A DNA stretch of 64,000 nt from assembly GCA_051294905.1 (NCBI GenBank), contig CM119371.1, positions 13,642,001 through 13,706,000 of the forward strand. The letters run 5' to 3'. The DNA comes from Botryllus schlosseri. Lineage: Eukaryota. Shown in pieces: positions 52,169 to 63,341 of the stretch. The notes beneath the pieces are model-generated. The model had not been told where the DNA came from, did no database searches, and worked only from the letters and a program-made list of their open reading frames with translations. The position numbers and the translations under genes were made by a program. Numbering within the stretch: position 1 is the stretch's first letter; each line of letters starts with the position of its first letter.

Positions 52169-54029
52169 GGTCAGCAGTCAACTTTATTACGCGTTGCGTA
52201 TCTCGGATACGTCATTGAAAATGTCTCTGCCTTTGGTTGTCTATAAGTCCGCACTTTTGGTCTTGGCGGCGTCCGGTCGCCTGACGGTATATGGATGGAT
52301 TTTGGCAGCGATGTTAAGACATTGTAGGCACGGCATATTGCGTATTGGAGCAACCATACGCGACATAACATATGACTCTATGAATCATCTCCTTCACAGC
52401 CTTCATGATCTCACTCAATGACCCAAATCCACAGCAAATCTAAGCAACGAATCTCACCTAACAGCCAACAGGAATAACAAGGATTGTTGTTGTGTCAACT
52501 ACTTGACGTCATTTCACGGCTGGATGATTGCGGGTCCGTTTTTCGGAATTTCGATTTGTAATTCAAATTACTTGAAAACTATCACGTAATTTTCATTTTC
52601 ATTATTTTTTTCTTATTCCTAACCAGATAATCTACGAAATAAGCAAAAGTCTCTTCGAACATGCAGTTGACCTTTAAAGGATTTGTCCTCCCTTTTCAGA
52701 TTTTTGAAAATGTCCCCCGAGGATGCCTAAATGTGCTCCTTTTTGGCAATTCGTCCTCCTTTTGGCTTTTAGAGCAAAGATGATGGCTAGATTCGAGTGA
52801 ATATGGCCATAAATGACGCAAAATTCGTGGTTCGAACGCGTAAGTGACGAGCTTTTTTTTTTGTCAACACCGCTAATTCTGAAGTAAAGAGTATGTAAAC
52901 CGACCAGCGATCAAAAATTACGACTTTTTTTTCTTCTAGTCAACCAACCACAGAGTCGGGAAAAATTTACCATTTTTCAGAATTTTACTCCACAATTCTA
53001 AGTTTGAAAATTTTGACAAAGTGTCCTCCTTTCCCGATTCCAAAATATGGTAACCCTAATGCAAGGTCACCCAATACAATACACACGACTCGCAATACTT
53101 TATTCTCAATATTTTGGCAGGACTGAAGTCAAGGTTCGGCCATTTTCCCTTCCATATTATTGATAACAGTTGCTTTTCAACTTGTGTGAATGAGAAAAAT
53201 TACAGTGCGAATGACAAAGGTTGTGCGAATGGTACGAATGGAATCCGGATTGAGTGCGGATGAAAATCGTGAATAGCCTATAGTTGTTAATTTTTCTGAC
53301 GTGGAATAATTCAAATAAACATAATAGGAAATTCAAGGGCAGTGTAACATTTCTAGCTGCGACGCAATTGTAAAAAACTTACTACGCATACCATTATAAT
53401 CGTAGCTGTCACTACAAACCATAGTAAATTAAAATTTTATTTCGTAACTAAAGCCTGGTTTGGAAGCTGGTGTAGTGTACTTCGCTGTTGATGTTGTATG
53501 ATTGCGGGTGAAGCTCACAGCAGAGAGTCTCTGAATATTCACAAACAGAAACCCGGGTATTTCGAGCAAGCTTTTGTAACAAAATCAGGTAAAAGTTTTG
53601 AAATTGTCAAAGTGCATGTTCGTTTAGTGTTGATTTTTTATGATGCCGCAGCGCCATGCATAGAGTGACCCGCAGTTGAAATGCAAAGAATTTAAATCAA
53701 AGATTATTATTATTATTATTATGGGAATAGTGGCGCTTATAACCGATTAGGTCTTTTGCACCACTTGCGAGACGCGATTTAAATCAAAGATGTTTTAATT
53801 TAATATATGAAAAAGGTTCACAGTGCAGAACCTATCAAGGTTCGTTTGTGAACGAGAACCTTTAAATTTCCGAGGTTCACACGCAGAACGCGAACGTGAA
53901 CCTCACGTTCACACCATACCTAGTAAATATAGCTCATTCGACGAAATATCTGTACTATTATAACTGTTGAACCGACTATTCAGCTACATGAAGAAGAAGT
54001 AGAATTGATTGACTTTAAATCTACTCATC

Positions 54030-54820
54030 TACTAAATCTACTTAAAAATTTAATTCCTCATCAAACTCTCAGATCAGTCTACTATGCCTTAATTCACTGC
54101 TATCTTATTTATGGGATCCTAGTTTGGGGACCTGCTGCGAAAAAACATCTGCAGAAATTGCAAGTCTTGCAAAACCGAGCCATACGAATTCTCTGTCGGA
54201 AATCTAGATATGAGAATTGTAATAGCATGTATCGTAGCGTTGGAATATTGAAAGTGGAAGACGTTTTCAAATTTGAGGTAATGAAATTCATGCATAGCTA
54301 TCATCAGGGTGAACTGCCACTATATTTTGATAATCTGTTCAAGATACCTTCAGATACCCACCAACATCATACCAGATTTTCTTCTAACTTGTCTCTGTCT
54401 GTGCAACACCACTCCACCAGTCTAGTACAAAATTCAATCAGTTTTATCGGTGTCAATGTTTGGAATAAGCTGCCACCTAATCTCCGCAATTTAGACTCTT
54501 GTGCTTTTAAAAACAATGTTTTCATTCTCTTATCTCTAACTACCGCTAAATTGTATTTGTGTTGTATTTCAAATTGGTCCGTGATACTGTGTCTTATTTA
54601 TCCTATCGTTCGTTGGTTTATTTTAATTTAATTTAATTTTATATTTTTTCATTAGTTATCGACTGTGAAAATTGCTCCTGTCCCGTGTGGCTCGGCTCTG
54701 AAGACTATGTCATATCGAGCCTCCCGTCTACCTTGCATGTCGCATTTCACTGTTACATTTTTGTAGTGTTATGTTGATATGTAATGTATACGAATAAAGA
54801 TTCTCTCTCTCTCTCTCTCA
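54030..54820 (+). mobile_element. 5'-truncated LINE (CR1/L2 group): RT-ORF C-terminus plus 3' UTR
   Basis: LRSVYYALIHCYLIYGILVWG...LQVLQNRAIRIL...FIGVNVWNKLP, then AATAAA and a (CT)n tail. Confidence 0.85.
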
Positions 54821-55448
54821 TGTAAGTAATAGTAATTAGTTGTGAAAACGATCGTAATGTGTTTTTCGTGGATTATTAGAAGGTACAAATTGAGCTATGC
54901 GAACGGTGCCGAGCTTGAATCATATTGATGGATACCAGGAGTTATTCAATTTTCGATAGCATAAGCATTCGTCCGCATCATGGGATGAAAATGATAGTAT
55001 CGATATGGAAATGCGATACTAATCGTATGTTTAATCCAGGGCCGGCCAACCCGTGGCCCGCGAGAAGGTTTTGAGTGGCCCCCGAGGTAATTTCCGAAAT
55101 TTCTAATATCATCAAAAATGGATTGCACAGATTGTGAACTTGCAAGGCCAACCAAAAATTTGATTAGTCTGGCCGCAACACTTGAGATGTTATGGCTAAA
55201 ATATCAGTTCCAACGTAATGACAGGTCCATCAGCCATTCACATATTGGTATATATCTTCGTACGCTACAATAAAGCAGAATAATTTGCGATAGATGTATC
55301 AAAGGTAAAAATTTTCTACGAGCTTAGCGCAATATGTTGTCACTCGATTGCTTGTTTTTAATATTGTTGCCATTTCGTGGAAATGGAAGAACACCTAATG
55401 TATCAGATTGAGTCTAACTATATTCGCGAAACTAGAAAAAAGTCCGAG

Positions 55449-55733
55449 TGTAGGAACTCGTTTCCTACTGAGTAGTTAACTAACTACGTAACTCTCATTT
55501 CGATACTGAGAACGCCAGACAAGTACAGCTACACTCAATCTGTAATCACAACAACAATAATATGAACAATTGAACATGCTTTCTGACTGGCACCTTTTGA
55601 GCGTGCAAGTCAGAGCGGTACGAATGTATCAGAATGTTAATATTCGTACGGTAACGCGTCAGGAATAAGCGTAATACATTTGCGAGTCGCGATCGCTTGG
55701 ATATAGTTTGTAGGTGTATTATGTGCAGCTACA
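55449..55733 (-). repeat. 3' LTR
   Basis: 285 bp, two differences seen versus the 5' LTR. Preceded on minus by the purine-rich PPT GGTGGAGGGTGG. Confidence 0.95.
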
Positions 55734-58700
55734 CCACCCTCCACCAGATCGTGACTAGCCTTTTCATGCTCGGAATCGAGGGGCACGTTAATCATTCTTC
55801 CGAAGCGAGTCTTCATCTGCTTGTTACGCGTAGACGTCGTGTCGTCCTGTTCACGTTGGGAGCTTTCGGGTGATCGTTGCTCATGATCTGGAGATGGTAT
55901 CGAACGATCACGCAAGGGCGGTCTACCTCTTGTAGGTGGTTGCGCCGCCACGAATGGATGCTCTTTGTCAATGTAGGCTGGCTTGAGTCTGTCCGCCGAA
56001 ACAAGTTCTTCGCGCAAGCCAATCCTCAGTCTGAAGACCTTCTCTCCTGGGGAGATTACCTCGTATGGTCCGTCATACGGTCTTGTCAGCGGGTGCCCAT
56101 GTGCGCCTCTTCGCACGAAAACGAATTTACTGTTTGATAAGTCCGAAGTCACAGGAGCTGATGTGTTTCCATGAGACGAGGTAGGGGTTGGGCGCAAACT
56201 TCCGGCAGTTTCTCGGAGGCGGTTAAGCAGTGGATTGTAGTTTGTAAAGGTCTCAGGCGTGGCCACGAAATCTGCTGGCACTGCTATTGTCTCACCGTAC
56301 ACAAGCTCCGCCGAAGTCGACCCTAGGTCCGCTTTTGGCGTGGTTCGAAGTCCAAGTAAACCCCACGGTAGCTCGTCTACCCAGCCTGGATGCGTGCATC
56401 GAGCACGCAAGGCAGCCTTCATAGAACGGTGGAAGCGTTCCACCAGTCCGTTGGCTTGGGGATGGTACGAAGTGGTCCTGTGAAGTTTGGTGCCAAGAAG
56501 TTCACAAACTGCGTCCCATAGTCTGGAAGTGAACTGAGGCCCTCGGTCAGATGATATATCTGCCGGAACGCCAAATCTCGCCACCCAATTATACAGCAGT
56601 GCGCGGGCACATCCGGCGGCGGAAATGTCGGAAATCGGTATGCCTTCGGGCCACCTGGTGAACCTATCGACAATTGTAAGGAGATACGTGTATCCCCGCG
56701 AGTGAGGCAAGGGGCCTACGAGGTCGATGTTCAGATGACTGAAGCGCCTTTCCGGAACTGGAAACGTTTCAAGAGCAGTTTTCGTGTGTTGGGTGACCTT
56801 CGACTGTTGGCAGGCGATGCAAGACCTGCTCCACTGGTTCACGTCTTTTGCAAGACCCTTCCACACATACTTGGCGCTTACCAAATTCTTGGTGGTCCGA
56901 ATGCCCGGATGGGACAAGGTGTGTACAGCGTCGAAAACCCGTCGTCGCCACGATGGTGGAACCACCGGCCTCGGTGTCCCAGTGCTGACGTCACAAAGCA
57001 AGGTGGACCGCCCACCGTCAAATGGAATCCTCTGTAACTCAAGGCTGGTATCGCGTAGATCAAGGTCCGTTTGTTCTCGTGCCATCGCTTGGAAATCAAG
57101 TCCGTCGTCGATAGCGTTGACGGTGGCACGCGACAGTGTGTCCGCTACTGAGTTGCTTTTCCCAGAAACGTGCCGTATGTCAGTCGTGTACTCACTGATT
57201 GCGGCCAATTGTCTGGATTGCCTGGCCGACCACGGTACAGATTTCTTCGCCATAGCAAAAGTCAACGGTTTATGGTCGGTGTAGACGGTGAAGTGACGTC
57301 CTTCCAGAAAGTAGCGGAATTTTCTGATGCTCAGATGAATCGCCAGCAGTTCCCTATCAAAAGCACTGTACTTTCTTTCAGCATTATTCAGTTGACGGCT
57401 GAAGAAGACTAACGGCTTCCAAACACTCCTCAACTTCTGTTGGAGGACGCCTCCAACAGCCACATCCCACGCGTCTACTGTTAAGGCGGTTGGCGCGTCT
57501 GTTTTAGGATGCACCAAGAGCGTGGCCTTGGCTAAAGCAGCCTTAGTAGCGTTGAAAGCCGTGGTCATGTCTGTTGACCACTGAACAGTTTGAGTCTTGG
57601 CTTTACGACCTGCGGTTGCTCTGTATAGAGGCTGCATAATTTCCGCAGCACTCGGTAGAAATCTGTGGTTAAAGTTCACCATTCCATTGAATTCCATAAG
57701 TTGCTTGACCGTCCGAGGCGCAGGAAAATTGCGGATTACCTCCACCTTCTCAGGAAGAGGCTTGATGCCGCTGGCTGAAACTCGATGGCCGAGGAAATCG
57801 AGCGTGGACCGGCCAAATTGACATTTGGTGGGGTTTATCACAAGCCCGTGTTCACGAAAACGGGAGAATAATGTCCGTAAGTCTGCTAAGTGCTGTTCTT
57901 GGTCTTGGCTCGCAATTAAGACGTCGTCAAGATAAACAAACACGTTTTGAAGCCCTTGACAGACAGAATCCATCAAGCGTTGGAATGTTTGTGCCGCGTT
58001 TTTCAAACCGAACGGCATTCGTAGAAATTCAAAGAGTCCGAAAGGCGTGGTGATTGCAGTCTTCGCCACGTCCTGTGGCCTGACGGGGATTTGAAAATAT
58101 CCCTTCACAAGATCGACTTTTGAAAACACCGATTTTCCATCCAAGTTGTGTGAGAAATCTTGAATGTTAGGGACCGGGTAACGATCCGGTGTCGTGGCAT
58201 CGTTCAAGCGCCTGTAATCGCCGCAGGGGCGGCTTTCGCCATTGGCTTTTGGAACTACATGCAGAGGAGACGCCCACTGGCTGCTGGACCTGCGTATAAT
58301 CCCCAGTCTTTCCATGTTGTCAAACTCATCTTTCGCGGCTTTGAGACGGTCAGGGCGCAATCTGCGTGGGCGCGAAAAGACGGGTTGGCCGGTCGTTACG
58401 ATGTGGTGTTCCACACCGTGTTTCGGCTGTTGTAGTTCAAAAGACGGTTTGGTAATCTCGCTGAATTCATCGAGAAGCTTCGAGTATACCGTATGTGGAT
58501 GCTTTTCGACTACATGGAGTTGCATGTGACGAGACCATGACAGGTGGCCTACGACAGCTGTACGGCATGTAGAAGCTTCAAGGAGCCGTCACCCACCTAT
58601 GTCAACTAGGAGGCTATGCCGCAAAAGGAAATCTGCTCCGAGAATGGGACGAGAAACGTCCGCGAGGACAAACCGGCACTCGTACGTTTTGGTGCCGATG

Positions 58701-58936
58701 TGCAGTATTTCCGTCCTGTATCCGTAAGTCTTGATCTCTGAGCCATTTGCTGCTACCAGAAGGGGACCGGTATTGCGAGAGAGGCGATCAGAGCGTAGAG
58801 CCGGAAGGATGCTAACCTGGGCTCCTGTGTCTACCAGGAACCCGCGGGCGGATTTGGCATCGTTAACGATCAAGTGCCAGCTACGAACTCCACCAACCGC
58901 GTCAGCCTCTAACCGCGGTCGGCGTCGTCGTTTCCC
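55637..58936 (-). CDS. pol: Pol (protease, RT, RNase H, integrase) in the -1 frame, with one in-frame TGA at 58589-58591
   Basis: FLVDTGA and ILGADFL (PR), MPFGLKNA and YLDD (RT), ELLAI and TDHKPL (RH), H..SHPG...C..CQ, DLVGP, SDRGPQF and NGLVER (IN). Confidence 0.92.
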
Positions 58937-59694
58937 TGTCGGGTCTTTCTGCGACGGGCGTAGCGCACCGGGTTCGGCGCTGAAGTTTCGCTTTTCCGTT
59001 GAGATACCAACTGGGCAAATGCGCACCCTTGTTTGCAGTTTTTAGCCTCCATACCGAAAGTTTTGTGGTAGTGACAGATGAAAACTCCGGTTGCACTGTC
59101 TACTTCTGCCTTTGGGGCGATATTCTGCGCGTCATGGCGTAGGGCGCTCACGTTGGCCGTCTGAGCTGCGAAAAAAACTCTATCAGCTACTTCGGCCAGT
59201 TTCTCAACATCAGTTTCAGCGGATGTGGCCAGCGCTGTTCGCACTGCAGCAGGTAGCTGGGCCAACCAGAACGCTCGCAGTAATGTCTCTTGACTGCCAC
59301 CTAGCGCGCGCATGTGTCTCAACAAACCAGACGGCTTCCTGTCTCCTAAGCCGTCTATGTTAAGAAGTTCAGAGTCCTTAACTTCTTGTGGCTTGCCATA
59401 TACTTTGATTAGCGCCTTTTTGATAGCAGGGTACTTTTCTGTTGCTGGCGGTTCAGTAAGGAGAGAGGAAATTTCGCTAGCAGTGGCGTTATCTAACACC
59501 GAAACCACATGGTTAAATTTCGTATCATCTCGAGTGATGCTTGCAGCCTCGAACTGAGCTTCAGCTCTAGCGAACCACAAAGTAGGGTTGTCAGTCCATA
59601 TTGACGGAAGTTTAACGCTTACCGCATTAGCTGTCGAAGGAATGACGAGATCCTTCAGTGCGTCGGTCAATCCCTGTGTAGCGGCGTTATCCAT
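58909..59694 (-). CDS. gag: Gag (CsRn1 type, CHCC zinc knuckle)
   Basis: First ATG at 59694. Motifs VKLPSIW..NP.LWF..AEAQF, LGDRKPS and CHYHKTFGMEAKNCKQGC. Confidence 0.9.
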   Translation of the reverse strand: MDNAATQGLTDALKDLVIPSTANAVSVKLPSIWTDNPTLWFARAEAQFEAASITRDDTKFNHVVSVLDNATASEISSLLTEPPATEKYPAIKKALIKVYGKPQEVKDSELLNIDGLGDRKPSGLLRHMRALGGSQETLLRAFWLAQLPAAVRTALATSAETDVEKLAEVADRVFFAAQTANVSALRHDAQNIAPKAEVDSATGVFICHYHKTFGMEAKNCKQGCAFAQLVSQRKSETSAPNPVRYARRRKTRQGNDDADRG

Positions 59695-59762
59695 GTTGGA
59701 AAGCGTCAGTATAATCCTGGCTGTGCACAATACTTGTGGTCTTCTGGAGTCTTCCAGGTAGT

Positions 59763-59774
59763 TCGGGGTCACCA
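59763..59774 (-). promoter_or_regulatory. Primer binding site, tRNA-Trp
   Basis: TGGTGACCCCGA just inside the 5' LTR, complementary to the tRNA-Trp 3' end (...TCGGGGTCACCA). Confidence 0.85.
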
Positions 59775-59775
59775 A

Positions 59776-60060
59776 TGTAGGAACTCGTTTCCTACTGAGT
59801 AGTTAACTAACTACGTAACTCTCATTTCGATACTGAGAACGCCAGACAAGTACAGCTACACTCAATCTGTAATCACAACAACAATAATATGAACAATTGA
59901 ACATGCTCTCTGACTGGCACCTTTTGAGCGTGCAAGTCAGAGCGGTACGAATGTATCAGAATGTTAATATTCGAACGGTAACGCGTCAGGAATAAGCGTA
60001 ATACATTTGCGAGTCGCGATCGCTTGGATATAGTTTGTAGGTGTATTATGTGCAGCTACA
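59776..60060 (-). repeat. 5' LTR
   Basis: 285-bp direct repeat of 55449-55733. Confidence 0.95.
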
Positions 60061-61203
60061 CGAGTCCACTTTTCCAGATTAGGACACGCCGTGGACTACT
60101 AGATTGCTATATGATTGGTGAATGCTAGATAGCGAAACAATGGTTTCTAACGTGATGATGAGCCATATATACTGTGATGAAATATTTCATATGGGCGAAG
60201 GGCGACGATCCAGTGTGAACGGAACCACGTCAACCCCGTACGTAAATTATATTCACCGATACTTTCGTGGAATCATAATGGTCACTCCGTACCCGTTGAG
60301 CACGAAGCGCGACGAAAATTCTAGGCTTTTCTCATCTTTCATGAAAATTAAATGTTAATAGTCGATAAAAACAGCCACGAAAGTACTCAGGCTATCTTCC
60401 TGATTGGTGGATTAAACTACTTCTACTTGACAAAGTGAAAATAGCGAAAAGTAAGCAATTAGATCACAAAATATTACGAAGTAGAAGTAACGAAAATCAG
60501 ATCTACTTGAGTAAGTACCAGAAGTCGAGGAAACTTCTTGATTACTTCAAAAAAGTAGAAGTACTTCGTTACTGACCACCTCTGGTTATAACATCGCCTG
60601 ACGAATCTTATCACGAATCCTCGATTGTGACGTAACAGTTTGTTGACATCATTGTATAACTCTTTGAGAAGCACAATTGAAAAACTTGGGCCCATGTGAC
60701 TCTTTTGGCGAAAAAGGTTGCCGACTCCTGACGTGGAGGTATATTCTACAGCTGCAACACCAATGGATGACAAGTTCGAGTCAGACCATGATCATCTACG
60801 AAGTGTTAGAGGCTTATCTGTACGTGTCTGTATAGCTATAGCCAGGACCGTATACCTGCTGCACCCCCCCCCAATTGGGGGCCAAAGGGGACCCAACATT
60901 ATTTCGTGAATTAACATCAATTGTAGAGTAATTTTCAGAAATTTAAGCAACTTTTTCAAATTTCTTTCGCGCCGCGATTTAATATTGCCAAATCTCTTGT
61001 TTATTTGGTACCTTTTACCCAACAAGGATAAGCATGATTTATAGATATGGAGACTTCGGCGTCGACCATTACTGCCCCATGACGCATCGCGACATATGAA
61101 GTTATAGGTCATGTAGGCTAACATGCGACTCTGAGAAGTGTGCCAGAACGATCAGCAGCGTAAAGACCATGACCTTGTGCTGACCGAACACTTCGATATA
61201 TAT

Positions 61204-62100
61204 TACGGTTGCCATACGTCCGGAATTTCCCAGACATGTCCGTAATTTCACTGGTAAAACTGCGTCCGGGAGGAATATCTAAAATATGCCTAAATGTCCG
61301 GAATTTTAAAGCTTTAAAGTAAGCTTATACTTTCTCGTAAATCAACATAAGCAAAATTATTTTGGGGCCGATTTGTGATACATGAAAGTTTTCTTCGAGC
61401 TGCGAGCGATTTAGTATCACATATATTGCTCGCAAAAACTGCGATAAAAATAAATGAAAATATCATTCATTCACAGAAACAAGTCTTATTGTAATCGCAA
61501 TCACAAAATAACGGCATATTCATTGAGTCGATTCAGGCCGTTTGGATGCTTTATTCAAAGATAGTGGTATGAAACCGGCGGTAAGTTTGCCTTTATTCTG
61601 GGGTTCACGAATATGTTGAACGTTAAACAGCTTCGAAAAAAGGCGTGACATGAACATGACTTAACGGTGTACTTGTACAATTATGCTCCTTGCATTTTCG
61701 AAGTCATCATCCTCCACCAGCTCTACCGCTAATAGCTCTGATCAAGTGGGCGAAGAGAGGATCAAAACTATATGGAAGAACCAATATTATTTACATAAGT
61801 CAAACGACCAGATGCATATAGTAAGCCCCCAGACGTTGCATCGCTCACCCTACGGTGAGCTCAAGATCAGTGTTTATTTGGGCGGGAGGGGGCTGGAGAA
61901 ATGTGGCTTTGGCCCTGGTTATAACTTACAACACACAACCACATACTCCTGAACTGAATCGTGACCAACTTCAGTCGATAGACGAAGCCTTGCTAGTAAG
62001 GCGTCATATTGATCGACAATGTGCTCATACCTCATTTTGGAATCCGCTAGTGGGCGTTAAAAAGCGTCCGGGGTTTGGAAACAAAAATATGGTAACCCTA
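61204..62100. mobile_element. Non-autonomous hAT element
   Basis: Termini TACGGTTGCCATA...TATGGTAACCCTA, TSD ATATATAT, subterminal GTCCGG motifs. Related ends occur at about 22519, 44572 and 53058. Confidence 0.8.
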
Positions 62101-62399
62101 ATATATATATACAAATACGTTTAATTGTCCATAGACATCTAAATGGCTGCGGCCGAATGATCCTGTCCTGGCGATCGGAACCCAACAGGACAAATACCAC
62201 CCCGCAGGGAAAAATTATTTGCCAGTAAAGAAATTCCAATTTGAAATCATATGCGTGTTATAGTTTAGTACGTTTTGTCGATTCCCATATATTTTTACTT
62301 AGCAGATATATTGGAGGCAACGAAATAGCATCATGTAACGAAGTCAATAAACCCGAAGATGTGTAATCACTATTTAGGGATCCTATTTTCCAACACACC

Positions 62400-63341
62400 T
62401 CACTTAGCTCTACCGGTAAGTCTGATTACGTGAGGAGAGAGAGGTTAATAAATCGATAGTAATATATATGCAATCCACGATCATATTGGCGAGAAGCACA
62501 GGCTCCTGATGTCCAATCTCATTCCGAATTTCCTACTTTGTCGGGATAAGGGTATGAACCTAATAAAGACCATCATCGCGCGAGTGCTTCAACCTCCAAC
62601 CTATCGAACGTCCCGAAATCGCCCATACTGTCATAAATAAAAGCTCCGCACCTTCACCTCTCACGGTCACTAGCGACGGAAACATCACGATTCCCTTGGC
62701 AACATTTTTCAACTTTATAGCCGAGGTTATGAAGAACACGCTACTATCTATAGCGGATGGAAAAGCTCCGGAAATTGACGCAATTATCGCTCAGTCCGCC
62801 GGAGAAAATATCGGTAGACCGACACCCACGCCAGTCCACAATGTCGATGAAGAACTAACCAATTATACTGCCATATCGTCACCTGCTAGCCCGCAAATGG
62901 CAATACAACAGCCTCAGGAAGTACAAAGATTTGTTCCTGAAGTCCACGCCATCGCATTCAACGATCATGCACTCCGCAGGTGCAGAGGAAACAAACAGTG
63001 AATGCATGGACCTAAGTCCGAGCAACATGACTGAGAATACTGTGAGTACCAGTCAGCGGACGCCCTTTTCTCTTTAATACAATGGAACTGTAGGGGAATA
63101 TACCGTAAAATCAACGAGTTTAAGCATTTCATCGGAACTACGAACCCGAAACCAGATATCATTTCGTTACAAGGAACTCATTTTGTATCCAAATACACGC
63201 AGAAGATTACTGATTACAATTTATTGAAGAAAGACCGAAATATTCACGGTAGAGGAATTTGTTTCTCTATAAAATGTGGGATAAATTTCAGCGAGATAAA
63301 CATCGGAGACATTGATCCAGTAGAAGCGTTAGCTATCCAAG
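62400..63341 (+). mobile_element. Decayed LINE fragment (I/Jockey group): ORF1 tail and ORF2 apurinic endonuclease start
   Basis: From 63071, SLIQWNCRGIYRKINEFKHFI....PDIISLQGTH...KDR...GRGI is an APE domain with E-to-G in QET. Upstream FFNFIAEVMKN resembles an ORF1 C-terminus. The left boundary is approximate. Confidence 0.75.

Larger units (their letters stand above)
44597..52673. mobile_element. Kolobok copy 2 (left end lost) with three nested insertions
   Basis: Collinear with 39446-43871, right end ATGCAGTTGACCT|TTAA. KolX remnant RKLRKAAYGNFVCW...IRSKFTSSIFKGFQ at about 46275-46405. Confidence 0.8.
55449..60060 (-). mobile_element. Full-length Ty3/gypsy LTR retrotransposon, CsRn1-like clade (4612 bp)
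   Basis: Two 285-bp TG...CA LTRs, 4-bp TSD CGAG, PBS, PPT, gag with CHCC motif, and pol order PR-RT-RH-IN. Confidence 0.97.
53982..60584. mobile_element. Disrupted second copy of the 14593-15878 hAT family, hosting LINE, hAT and gypsy insertions
   Basis: Segments 53982-54027, 54820-55030 and 60061-60584 align in order with 14700-15878. Right TIR TGACCACCTCTG. Confidence 0.75.

Noticed and set aside
55813..59557. Many overlapping and antisense ORFs in the gypsy element, including a possible env
   Set aside because: Shadow ORFs of GC-richer coding sequence. There is no room for env because pol runs into the 3' LTR.
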